This document shows, piece after piece, positions 51,701 to 64,000 of a stretch of 64,000 nt of DNA. Source of the DNA: the human T2T-CHM13v2.0 reference genome, Homo sapiens; NCBI RefSeq assembly GCF_009914755.1, contig NC_060933.1, one strand, 5' to 3'. The notes beneath the pieces were generated by a model. That model had not been told where the DNA came from and ran no database searches. It was given only the letters and a program-made list of their open reading frames with translations. How positions within the stretch are numbered: the first letter of the stretch is position 1; each line of letters opens with the position of its first letter. A program made the position numbers and the translations under genes.

Positions 51701-54700
51701 CGTGTTAATTCCATTCCATTCCATTCCATTCCGGAAGATTCCATTCCATTGCATTCCATTCCATTCCATTCCCCTGCACTCGCGTTGATTCCATTCCATT
51801 CCATTCTATTCCATTCCATTCCCTTCCTTTCCGTTCCATTCCATTCCATTCCATTCCATTCCATTCTATTCGGTTTAATTCCATTCCATTCCATTCCATT
51901 CCATTCCATTCTATTCCATTCCATTCCCTTCCTTTCCTTTCCGTTCCGTTCCATTCCATTCCATTCCATTTTATTCGGTTTAATTCCATTCCATTCCATT
52001 CCATTCCATTCTATTCCATTCCATGGCAATCGAGTTGAATGCATTGCATTCCATTCCATTCCATTCCATTCCATTCCATTCCATTCCATTCCATTCCGGA
52101 AGATTCCATTCCATTGCATTCCATTCCATTCCATTCCATTCCATTCCATTCCATTCCATTCCATTGTACTCGGGTTGCTTCCATTACATTGCATTCCATT
52201 CCATTCCATTCCATTCCATTCCATTCCGTTCCATTCCATTCCATTAAATTCGGATTGATTCTTTTCAACTCCCTTAATCTCCATTACATTCCATTCCATT
52301 CGGGTTGTTCCATTCCATTCCATTCCATTCCACTCCATTCCATTGCACTCGGCTTGATTCCATTCCATTCCATTCCTTTCCATTCCGGATGATTCCATTC
52401 CATTGCATTCCGTTCCATTACATTCCCCTGCACTCGGGTTGATTCCATTCCATTCCATTCCATTCCATTCGATTCCATTCCATTCCCCTGCACTCGCGTT
52501 GATTCCATTCCATTCCATTCCATTCCATTCCATTCCATTCCATTCCATTCCTTTCCATTCCAGTCCTTTCCATTCCATTCCACTCGGGTTGATTCCATTC
52601 TATTATTTTCCATTCCATTCCGTTCCCTTCCATTCCACTCTGGTTGATTCCATTCCTTTCCATTCCACTCGAATACATTCCCTCCTATTCCACTCGGAAC
52701 GATTCCATTCCATTCCATTCCATTCCATTCCATTCCATTCCTTTCCATTCCCGTCCTTTCCATTCCATTCCATTCCTTTCCATTCCAGTCCTTTCCATTC
52801 CATTCCATTCGGGTTGATTCCATTCTATTAGTTTCCATTCCATTCCATTCCCTTCCATTCCACTCTGATTGATTCCATTCCATTCCATTCCATTCCATTC
52901 CATTCCATTCCATTCCATTCCATTCCATTCCATTTTGTTCCATTCCATTCTATTCCGTATCATTCCATTCCATTCCATTCCATTCCATTCCATTCCATTC
53001 CATTCCATTCCATTCCATTCCACTCGTGTTGATTCCATTCCTTTCCATTCCATTCGGTTTGAAGGCATTCCATTCCATTCCGTTACATTCCATTCCATTC
53101 CATTTCATTGTACTCGAGTTGATTCCATTCCATTGCATTCCATTCCATTACATTCCATTCCATTCCGTTGCATTCCATTCCATTACATTCGGATTGATTC
53201 TATTCAACTTCCTTACTCTCCATTCCATTCCATTCCATTCGGGTTGTTCCATTCCATTCCATTCCATTCCACTCCATTCCATTGCTCTCGGGTTGATTCC
53301 ATTCCATTCCATTCCATTACGGATGATTCCATTCCATTGCATTCCGTTCCATTACATTCCGCTAAACTGGCGTTGATTCCATTCCATTCCATTCCATTCC
53401 ATTCAATTCCGTTCCATTACAATTCGTTCCATTCCATTCTATTCCGTACCATTCCATTCCATTCCATACCATTCCATTGCATTCCATTCCATTCCATTCC
53501 GTTCCATTCCGTTCCATTCCATTCCATTCCATTCTATTCGGGTGAATTCCATTCCATTCCATTCCATTCCATTCCATTCCATTCCATTCTATTCCATTCC
53601 ATTGCAATCGAGTTGAATCCATTGCATTTCATTCCATTCCATTCCATTCTATTCCATTCCGGAAGATTCCATTCCATTGCATTCCATTCCATTCCATTCC
53701 CCTGCACTCGTGTTGATTCCATTCCATTCCGTTGCATTCCATTCCATTCCATTCCATTCTTTCCGTTGCATTCCATTCCATTACATTCGGATTGATTCTA
53801 TTCAACTCCCTTAGTCTCCATTCCATTCCATTACATTCGGGTTGTTCCATTCCATTCCATTCCATTCCACTCCATTCCATTGCACTCGGGTTGATTCCAT
53901 TCCATTCCATTCCGTTCCATTCCATTCCATTACATTCGGATTGATTCTATTCAATTCCCTTACACTCCATTACATTCCATTCCATTCGGGTAGTTTCCAT
54001 TCCATTCCATTCCATTCCTCTCCATTCCATTGCACTCGGGTTGATTCCATTCCATTGCATTCCATTCCATTCCATTCAATTCCATTCCGTTCCATTCCAT
54101 TCCATTACATTCGGATTGATTGTATTCAACTTCCTTACTCTCCATTACATTCCATTCCATTCGGGTTGTTCCATTCCATTCCATTCCATTCCACTCCATT
54201 CCATTGCACTCGGGTTGATTCCATTCCATTCCATTCCATTCCATTCCATTTTATTCCATTCCGGAAGATTCCATTCCATTGCATTCCATTCCATTCCATT
54301 CCCCTGCACTCGCGTTGATTCCATACCATTCCATTCTATTCCATTCCATTCCCTTCCTTTCCGTTCCATTCCATTCCATTCCATTCCGTTCCGTTCCATT
54401 CCATTCCATTCCATTCTATTGGGGTTAATTCCATTCCATTCCATTCGATTTCAATCGAGTTGATTCCATTCCATTCCATTCCATTCCATTCAAGTCCTTT
54501 CCATTCCATTCCACTAGTGTTGATTCCGTTTTATTAGTTTCCATTCCATTCCATTCCCTTCCATTCCACTCTGGTTGATTCCATTCCTTTCCATTCCACT
54601 GGAATTCATTCCCTTCTATTCCACTCGGAATGATTCCTTTCCATTCCATTCCATTCCATTCCATTCCATTTCCTTCCATTGCATTGTATTCCGTACTATT

Positions 54701-57700
54701 CCATTCCATTCCATTACATGCCATTCCACTCGGGTTGATTCCATTGCTTTCCATTCCATTTGGGTTGAATCCATTCCATTCCATTCCATTCCATTCCATT
54801 CCATTCCATTCTATTCCATTGCACTAGGTTTGATTCCATTCCACTGCATTCCATTCCACTCCATTCCATTCCATTCCGTTCCATTCCATTCCATTCCATT
54901 ACATTCGGATTGATTGTATTCAATTCCCTTACACTCCATTTCATTCCATTCCATTCAGGTTGTTTCCATTCCATTCCAATCCATTCCACTCCATTCCATT
55001 GCACTCGGGTTGATTGCATTCCATTCCATTCCATACCATTCCATTCCATTCCATTCCATTCCATACCATTCCATTCCATTCCATTCCATTCCATTCCATT
55101 CCATTCCGTTCCATTCCATTACTTTCGGATTGATTCTATTCAACTCCCTTACTCTCCATTACATTCCATTCCATTCGGGTTGTTCCATTCCATTCCATTC
55201 CATTCCACTCCATTCCATTGCACTCGGGTTGATTCCATTCCATTCCATTCCATTCCATTCCATTCCATTCCATTCCGGATGATTCCATTCCATTGTATTC
55301 CGTTCCATTACATTCCCCTGCACTCGGGTTGATTCCATTCCATTCCATTCCATTCCATTCGATTCCATTCCATTCCAATTCATTCCATTCCATTCTATTC
55401 CGTAACATTCCATTCCATTCCATACAATTCCATTCCATTCCATTCCACTCCGTTCCTTTCTGTTCAGTTCCGTTCCGCTCCGTTCCATTCCATTCCATTC
55501 CATTCTATTCGGTTTAATTCCATTCCATTCCATTCCATTCCATTCTATTCCATTCCATTGCAATCGAGTTGAATCCATTGCATTCCATTCCATTCCATTC
55601 CATTCCATTCCTTTCCATTCCGGAAGATTCCATTCCATTGCATTCCATTCCATTCCATTCCGTTCCATTCCATTCCATTCCATTCCATTCCATTGTACTC
55701 GGGTTGATTCCATTCCATTGCATTCCATTCCATTCCATTCCATTCCATTCCATTCCATTCCATTCCATTCCGTTCCATTCCTTTCCATTACATTCGGATT
55801 AATTCTTTTCAACTCCCTTACTCTCCATTACATTCCATTCCATTCGGGTTGTTCCATTCCATTCCATTCCATTCCACTCCATTCCATTGCACTCGGGTTG
55901 ATTCCATTCCATTCCATTCCATTCCATTCCGGATGATTCCTTTCCAATGCATTCCGTTCCATTACATTCCCCTGCACTCGGGTTGATTCCATTCCATTCC
56001 ATTCCATTCGATTCCATTCCATTCTCCTGCACTCGCGTTGATTCCATTCCATTCCATTCCATTCCATTCCATTCCTTTCCATTCCAGTCCTTTCCATTCC
56101 ATTCCACTAGGGTTGATTCCATTCTATTAGTTTCCATTCCATTCCATTCCCTTCCATTCCACTCTGGTTGATTCCATTCCTTTCCATTCCACTCGAATAC
56201 ATTCCCTCCTATTCCACTCGGAACGATTCCATTCCATTCCATTCCATTCCATTCCATTCCATTCCACTCGTGTTGATTCCATTCCTTTCCATTCCATTCC
56301 GGTTGAAGGCATTCCATTCCATTCCATTCCATTCCATTCCATTCCATTGTACTCGGGTTGATTCCATTCCATTGCATTCCATTATACTCCATTCCATTCC
56401 ATTCCGTTGCATTCCATTCCATTACATTCTGATTCATTCTATTCCACTCCCTTACTCTCCATTACATTCCATTCCTTTCGGGTTGTTCCATTCCATTCCA
56501 TTCAATTCCACTGCATTCCATTGCACTCGGGTTGATTCCATTCTATTCCATTCCATTCCATTCCATTCCGGATGATTCCATTCCATTGCATTCCGTTCCA
56601 TTACATTCCCCTGCACTCGCGTTGATTCCATTCCATTCCATTCCATTCCATAGAATTCCATTCCATTACAATTCCTTCCATTCCATTCTATTCCGTACCA
56701 TTCCATTCCATTCCATACCATTCCATCGCATTCCATTCCATTCCATTCCATTCCATTCCACTCCATTCCAGTCCTTTCCATTCCATTCCAATCAGGTTGA
56801 TTCCATTCTATTCCTTTCCATTCCATTCCTTTGCATTGCAATCGAGTTGATTCCATTGCTTTGCATTCCATTCCATTCCATTCCATTCCGGATGATTCCA
56901 TTCCATTGCATTCCATTCCATTCCATTCCCCTGCACTCGCGTTGATTCCATTCCATTCCACTCCATTCCGTTCCATTCCATTCCATTCCATTCCATTCCA
57001 TTCCATTCCATTCCATTGTATTCGGGTTAATTCCATTCCATTCCATTCCATTCCATTCCATTCCATTCCATTACAATCGAGTTGATTCCATTCCATTCCA
57101 TTCCATTCCATTCCATTCCAGTCCTTTCCATTCCATTCCACTCGGGTTGATTCCAATCTATTAGTTTCCATTCCATTCCATTCCCTTCCATTCCACTCTG
57201 GTTGATTCCATTCCTTTCCATTCCACTCGAATACATTCCCTCTTATTCCACTCCGAACGATTCCATTCCATTCCATTCCATTCCATTCCATTCCATTCCT
57301 TTCCATTCCATTCCATTACATTCGGATTGATACTATTCAATTCCCTTACACTCCATTACATTCCATTCCATTCGGGTAGTTTCCATTCCATTCCATTCCA
57401 TTCCTGTCCATTCCATTGCACTCGGGTTGATTCCATTCCATTGCATTCCATTCCATTCCATTCAATTGCATTCCGTTCCATTCCATTCCATTAGAATCGG
57501 ATTGATTCTATTCAACTCCCTTACTCTCCATTACATTCCATTCCATTCGGGTTGTTCCATTCTATTCCACTCCATTCCACTCCATTCCATTGCACTCGGG
57601 TTGATTCCATTCCATTCCATTCCATTCCATTCCATTCCATTCCATTCCATTCCGGATGATTCCATTCCATTACATTCCGTTCCATTACATTCCCCTGCAC

Positions 57701-60439
57701 TCGGGTTGATTCCATTCCTTTCCATTCCATTCCATTCCATTCCATTCCATTCCAATTCTTTCCATTCCATTCTATTCCGTACCATTCCTTTCCATTCCAT
57801 ACAATTCCATTCCATTCCTTTCCATTCTGTTCAGGTTAATTCCATTCCATTCCATTCCATTCCATTCTATTCCATTCCATTGCAATCGAGTTGAATCCAT
57901 TGCATTCCATTCCATTCCATTCCGGAAGATTCCATTCCAATGCATTCCATTCCATTCCATTACCCTGCACTCGCGTTGATTCCATTCCATTCCATTCCAT
58001 TCCATTCCGATCCGTTCCATTCCATTCCATTCCATTCCATTCCATTCCATTCCATTCCGTTCCATTCCATTCCATTCCATTCCATTCTATGCGGGTTAAT
58101 TCCATTCCATTCCATTCGATTGCAATCGAGTTGATTCCATTCCATTCCATTCCATTCCATTCCATTCCATTCCATTCCATTCCTTTCCATTACATTACGT
58201 ATGATTCCATTCCATTTCATTCCATTCCATTCCATTCCCCTGTACTCGGGTTGATTCCATTCCATTCCATTCCAATCCATGCCATTCCACTCGTGTTGAT
58301 TCCATTCTTTCCATACCATTCAAGTTGAATCCATTCCATTGCATTCCATTCCATTTGATTCCATTCGATTGCACTCGGGTTGATTCCATGGCATTGCATT
58401 CCATTCCATTCCATTCCATTCCTTTCCATTCCATTCCATTCCATTCGGATTCATTCTATTCAATTCCCTTACACTCCATTACATTCCATTCCATTCCGGT
58501 AGTTTCCATTCCATTCCATTCCATTCCATTCCATTCCATTCCGGATGATTCCATTCCATTGAATTCCATTCCATTCCATTCCCCTGCACTTGTGTTGATT
58601 CCATTCCATTCCATTCCATTCCTTTCTGTTCCATTCCATTCCATTCCATTCTATTCGTGTTAATTCCATTCCATTCTATTCCATTCCATTCCATTGAAAT
58701 CGAGTTGATTCCATTCCATTCCATTCCATTCCATTCCATTCCATTCCATTCCATTCCATTCCATTCCATTCCGGATGATTCCATTGCATTGCATTCCATT
58801 CCATTGCATTCCCCTGCACTCGGGTTGATTCCATTCGATTCCATTGCATTACATTCCGTTCCATTCCGTTCCATTTCATTCTATTCGGGTTAATTCCATT
58901 CCATTGCATTCCAATCCATTCCAGTCCTTTCCATTCCATTCCACTAGGGTTGATTCCATTCTATTCCTTTCCATTCCATTCCATTCCATTGCAATCGAGT
59001 TGATTCCATTCGAGTTGAATCCATTCCATTCCATTCCATTCCATTGCACACGGGTTCATTCCATTCCATTCTATTCCGTACCATTCCATTCCATCCCATT
59101 CCATTCCGTTCCATTCCATGCCATTACACTCGGGTTGATTCCATTCCTTTCCATTCCATTCTTGTTGATTCCATTCCATTCCATTCCATTCCATTCGAAT
59201 CCATTCCATTGCACTCGGGTTGATTCCATTCCATTCCATTCCATTCCATTTCATTCCATTCCATTCCATTACATTTGGATTGATTCTATTCAATTCCCTT
59301 ACACTCCTTTACATTCCATTCCATTCGGGATGTTTCCATTCCATTCCATTCCATTCCACTCCATTCCATTGCATCAGGTTGATGGCATTCCATTCCATTC
59401 CATTCCATTCCGGATGATTCCATTCCATTGCATTCCATTCCATTCCATTCCCCTGCACTCGGGTTGATTCCATTCCATTCCATTCCATTCCATTCCATTC
59501 CATTCCATTCCGTTCCATTCCATACCATTCCATTCTATTCCGGTTAATTCCATTCCATTACATTCGATTCCATTCCATTCCCTTCCATTCCATTGCAATC
59601 GAGTTGATTCCATTCCATTCCATTCCATTCCGTTCCGGATGATTCCATTCCATTCCATTCCATTCCATTCCATTCCATTCCATTCCATTCCATTCCCCTG
59701 CAGTCGGGTTGATTCCATTCCATTCCATTCCATTCCATTCCGTTCCATTCCATTCCATTCCATTCTATTCGGGTTAATTCCATTCCATTCCATTCCATTC
59801 CATTCCATTCCATTCCATTCCATTCCATTCCAATCGAGTTGATTCCATTCCATTCCATTCCATTCCATTCCATTCCACTCCATTCCAGTCCTTTCCATTC
59901 CATTACACTCGGGTTGATTCCATTCTATTCCTTTCCATTCCATTCCATTCCATTGCAATCGAGTTGATTCCATTGCTTTGCATTCCATTCCATTCCATTC
60001 CATTCCGGATGATTCCATTCCGTTGCATTCCGTTCCATTACATTCCCCTGCACTCGGGTTGATTCCATTCCATTCCATTCCATTCGATTCCATTCCATTC
60101 CCCTGCACTCGCGTTGATTCCATTCCATTCCACTCCATTCCTTTCCGTTCCATTCCATTCCATTCCATTCCATTCCGTTCCGTTCCATTCCATTCCATTC
60201 CATTCTATTCGCGTTAATTCCATTCCATTCCATTCGATTGCAATCGAGTTGATTCCATTCCATTCCATTCCATTCCATTCCATTCCATTCCATTCCATTC
60301 CATTCCATTCCTTTCCATTCCATTACGGATGATTCTATTCCATTGCATTCCATTCCATTCCATTCCCCTGTACTCGGGTTGATTCCATTGCATTGCATTC
60401 CATTCCATTCCCCTTCAGTCGGGTTAATTCCATTCCATT

Positions 60440-63400
60440 CCATTCCATTCCATTCCATTCCATTCCATTCCATTCCATTCCAATCGAGTTGATTCCATTC
60501 CATTCCATTCCATTCCATTCCACTCCATTCCTGTCCTTTCCATTCCATTCCACTCGGGTTGATTCCAATGTATTCCTTTCCATTCCATTCCATTCCATTG
60601 CAGTCGAGTTGATTCCATTGCTTTGCATTCCATTCCATTCCATTCCATTCCGGATGATTCCATTCCATTGCATTCCATTCCATTAAATTCCATTGCATTC
60701 CATTCCATTCCATTCCCCTGCACTCAGGTTGATTCCATTCGATTCCATTCCATTCCATTCCATTCCATTCCGTTCCATTCCATTCCATTCCATTCTATTC
60801 GCGTTAATTGCATTCCATTCCATTCCATTACATTCCATTGCAATCGAGTTGATTCCACTCCATTCCGTTCCATTCCATTCCATTCCATTCCATTTCGTTC
60901 CATTCCATTCTATTCCGTACCATTCCATTCCATTCCATTCCATTCCATTCCATTCCTTGCCATTCCACTCGGGTTGATTCCATTGCTTTCCATTCCATTT
61001 GGGTTGAATCCATTCCATTCCATTCCATTCCATTCCATTCCATTCCATTGCACTAGGTTTGATTCCATTCCACTGCATTCCATTCCATTCCATTCCATTC
61101 CGTTCCATTCCATTCCATTACATTCGGATTGATTCTATTCAATTCCCTTACACTCCATTTCATTCCATTCCATTCGGGTTGTTTCCATGTCATTCCATTC
61201 CATTCCACTCCATTCCGTTGCACTCGGGTTGATTCTATTCCATTCCATTCCATTCTATTCCATTTCGTTCCATTCCATTCTATTCGGTACCATTCCATTC
61301 CATTCCATTCCATTCCATTCCATTCCATGCCATTCCACTTGGGTTGATTCCCTTCCTTTCCATTCCATTCGGGTTGAATCCATTCCATTCCATTCCATTC
61401 CATTCCATTCCATTCCATTCCTTTCCATTCCTTTGCACACGGGTTGATTCAATTCCATTCCTTTCTGTTCCATTCCGGATGACTCCATTCCATTGCATTC
61501 CATTCCATTCCATTCCATTCCCCTGCACTCGGGTTCATTACATTCCATTCCATTTACTTCCATTCCATTCCATTCCATTCCATTCTATTCTATTCGGGTT
61601 AATTCCATTCCATTCCATTCCATTCCATTCCATTCCGTTCCGTTCCGTTCCATTCCATTCCATTCCATTCTATTCGGGTTAATTCCATTCCATTCCATTC
61701 CTTTCCATTCCATTCCATTCCATTCCAATCGAGTTGATTCCATTCCATTCCATTCCATTCCATTCCACTCCATTCCAGTCCTTTCCATTCCATTCCACTC
61801 GGGTTGATTCCAATGTATTCCTTTCCATTCCATTCCATTCCATTGCAATCGAGTTGATTCCATTGCTTTGCATTCCATTCCATTCCATTCCATTCCGGAT
61901 GACTCCATTCCATTGCATTCCATTCCATTGCATTCCCCTGCACTCGGGTTGATTCCATTCCATTCCACTCCACTCCGTTGCATTCCATTCCATTCCATTG
62001 TATTCGGGTTAATTCCATTCCATTCCATTCCATTCCATTCCATTCCATTACAATCGAGTTGATTCCATTCCATTCCATTCCATTCCATTCCATTCCATTC
62101 CAGTCCTTTCCATTCCATTCCACTCGGGTTGATTCCATTCTATTAGTTTCCATTCCATTCCATTCCCTTCCATTCCACTCTGGTTGATTCCATTCCTTTC
62201 CATTCCACTCGAATACATTCCCTCCTATTCCACTCGGAACGATTCCATTCCATTTCATTCCATTGCATTCCATTCCATTCCATTCCATTCCATTCCATTT
62301 CGTTCCATTACATTCTATTCCGTATCATTCCATTCCATTCCATTCCATTCCATTCCATTCCATTCCACTCGTGTTGATTCCATTCCTTTCCATTCCATTC
62401 GGTTTGAAGGCTTTCCATTCCATTCCATTCCATTCCATTCCATTCCATTCCATTGCATTCCATTGTACTCGGGTTGATTCCATTCCATTGCATTCCATTC
62501 CATTCCATTCCATTCCAATCCGTTGCATTCCATTCCATTACATTCGGATTGATTCTATTCAACTCCCTTACTCTCCATTCCATTCCATTCCATTCGGGTT
62601 GTTCCATTCCATTCCATTCCATTCCACTCCATTCCATTGCACTCGGGTTGATTCCATTCCATTCCATTCCATTCCATTCCATTCCGGATGATTCCATTCC
62701 ATTGCATTCCGTTCCATTACATTCCCCTGCACTCGCGTTGATTCCATTCCATTCCATTCCATTCAATTCCATTCCATTTCAATTCGTTCCATTCCATTCT
62801 ATTCCGTACCATTCCATTCCATTCCATACCATTCCATTCCATTCCATTCCATTCCGTTCCATTCCGTTCCATTCCGTTCCATTCCATTCCATTCCATTCT
62901 ATTCGGGTTAATTCCATTCCATTCCATTCCATTCCATTCCATTCCAATCTATTCCATTCCATTGCAATCGAGTTGAATCCATTGCATTTCATTCCATTCC
63001 ATTCCATTCCATTCCATTCCATTGCAATCGAGTTGAATCCATTTCATTTCATTCCATTCCATTCCATTCCATTCCATTCCGGAAGAATCCATTCCATTGC
63101 ATTCCATTCCATTCCATTCCCCTGCACTCCCGTTGATTCCTTTCCATTCCATTCCATTCCATTCCATTCCATTCCGTTCCGTTCCGTTCCATTTCATTCC
63201 ATTCCATTCCATTCCATTCCGTTCCGTTCCATTCCATTCTATTCGGGTTAATTCCATTCCATTCCATTCGATTGCAATCGAGTTGATTCCATTCCATTCC
63301 ATTCCATTCCATTCCATTCCATTCCAATCGAGTTGATTGCATTCCATTCCATTCCATTCCATTCCATTCCACTCCATTCCAGTCCTTTCCATTCCATTCC

Positions 63401-64000
63401 ACTGGGGTTGATTCCATTCTATTCCTTTCCATTCCATTCCATTCCATTGCAATCGAGTTGATTCCATTGCTTTGCATTCCATTCCATTCTATTCCATTCC
63501 GGATGATTCCATTCCATTGCATTCCATTCCATTCCATTCCCCTGCACTCGGGTTGATTCCATTCCATTCCACTCCATTCCGTTCCATTCCATTCCATTCC
63601 ATTGTATTCGTGTTAATTCCATTCCATGCCATTCCATTCCATTCCATTCCATTCCATTCCATTCTATTACAATCGAGTTGATTCCATTCCATTCCATTCC
63701 ATTCCATTCCATTCCAGTCCTTTCCATTCCATTCCACTCGGGTAGATTCCATTCTATTAGTTTCCATTCCATTCCATTCCCTTCCATTCCACTCTGGTTG
63801 ATTCCATTCCTTTCCATTCCACTCTAATACATTCCCTCCTATTCCACTCGGAACGATTCCATTCCATTCCATTCCATTCCATTCCTTTCCATTCCATTCC
63901 ATTTCGTTCCATTCCATTCTATTCCGTACCATTCCATTCCATTCCATTCCTTTGCATTCCATTCCATTCCATTCCACTCTTGTTGATTCCATTCCTTTCC
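60440..64000 (-). repeat. Near-identical segmental duplication, copy 2 (runs off the window end)
   Basis: Matches 28780-32370 with the same private variants. Confidence 0.92.

Larger units (their letters stand above)
1..64000. repeat. Human/primate satellite III (HSat3) pericentromeric array, (GGAAT)n/(CATTC)n
   Basis: Continuous GGAAT/ATTCC pentamers end to end. Interspersed CAACCCGAGT, CAACTCGATT and TAACCCGAAT decamer variants are typical of classical satellite III. No non-satellite stretch seen. Confidence 0.97.
46681..64000 (-). repeat. HSat3 orientation block 4 (CATTC on + strand)
   Basis: Starts TAGTTTCCATTCC at 46681. CATTC continues to the window end. Confidence 0.97.

Noticed and set aside
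9-63992. Hundreds of ORFs (MEWNG- and IPFHS-repeat proteins), the longest 373 aa at 50318-51439
   Set aside because: Pure (GGAAT)n and (ATTCC)n have no stop codon in any frame, and the G-strand has an ATG every 5 bp. The ORFs overlap in all six frames and show no domain structure. Poly-WNGME translation is reported for the SCA31 (TGGAA)n expansion, but nothing here indicates translation.
1-64000. CRISPR-like pattern of recurring motifs separated by variable-length stretches
   Set aside because: The intervening stretches are pentamer runs rather than unique spacers, and there are no cas genes or leader.
1-64000. HSat2, alpha satellite / CENP-B boxes, Alu or L1 insertions
   Set aside because: There is no dominant CATTCGATTC/GATGAT HSat2 pattern, no 171-bp monomers, and no poly(A) tails or non-pentamer stretches.

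Overview
The whole 64 kb window is primate (human-type) classical satellite III (HSat3): degenerate (GGAAT)n/(CATTC)n with recurrent CAACCCGAGT-type interruptions. I see no genes, RNA genes, transposons, CRISPR arrays or unique sequence. All predicted ORFs are read-throughs of the pentamer (MEWNG / IPFHS). The informative content is structural. (1) Three sharp strand switches at 23053/23054, ~39688-39690 and 46680/46681 split the window into four orientation blocks. The first two have fold-back geometry (inverted paralogous arms around a short spacer). (2) A distinct sub-family domain at ~33.7-46.7 kb forms a loose mosaic palindrome around the second switch. (3) There are nested duplications from 60 bp up to a near-identical copy of at least 3.6 kb lying ~31.6 kb away. 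(4) About 30 perfect three-unit heat-shock-element matches (GGAATCTTCCGGAAT) occur in the main sub-family and are absent from the central domain. All alignments were done by eye from diagnostic variants, so boundaries are approximate and percent identities were not computed. I found no evidence for a new protein-coding system.
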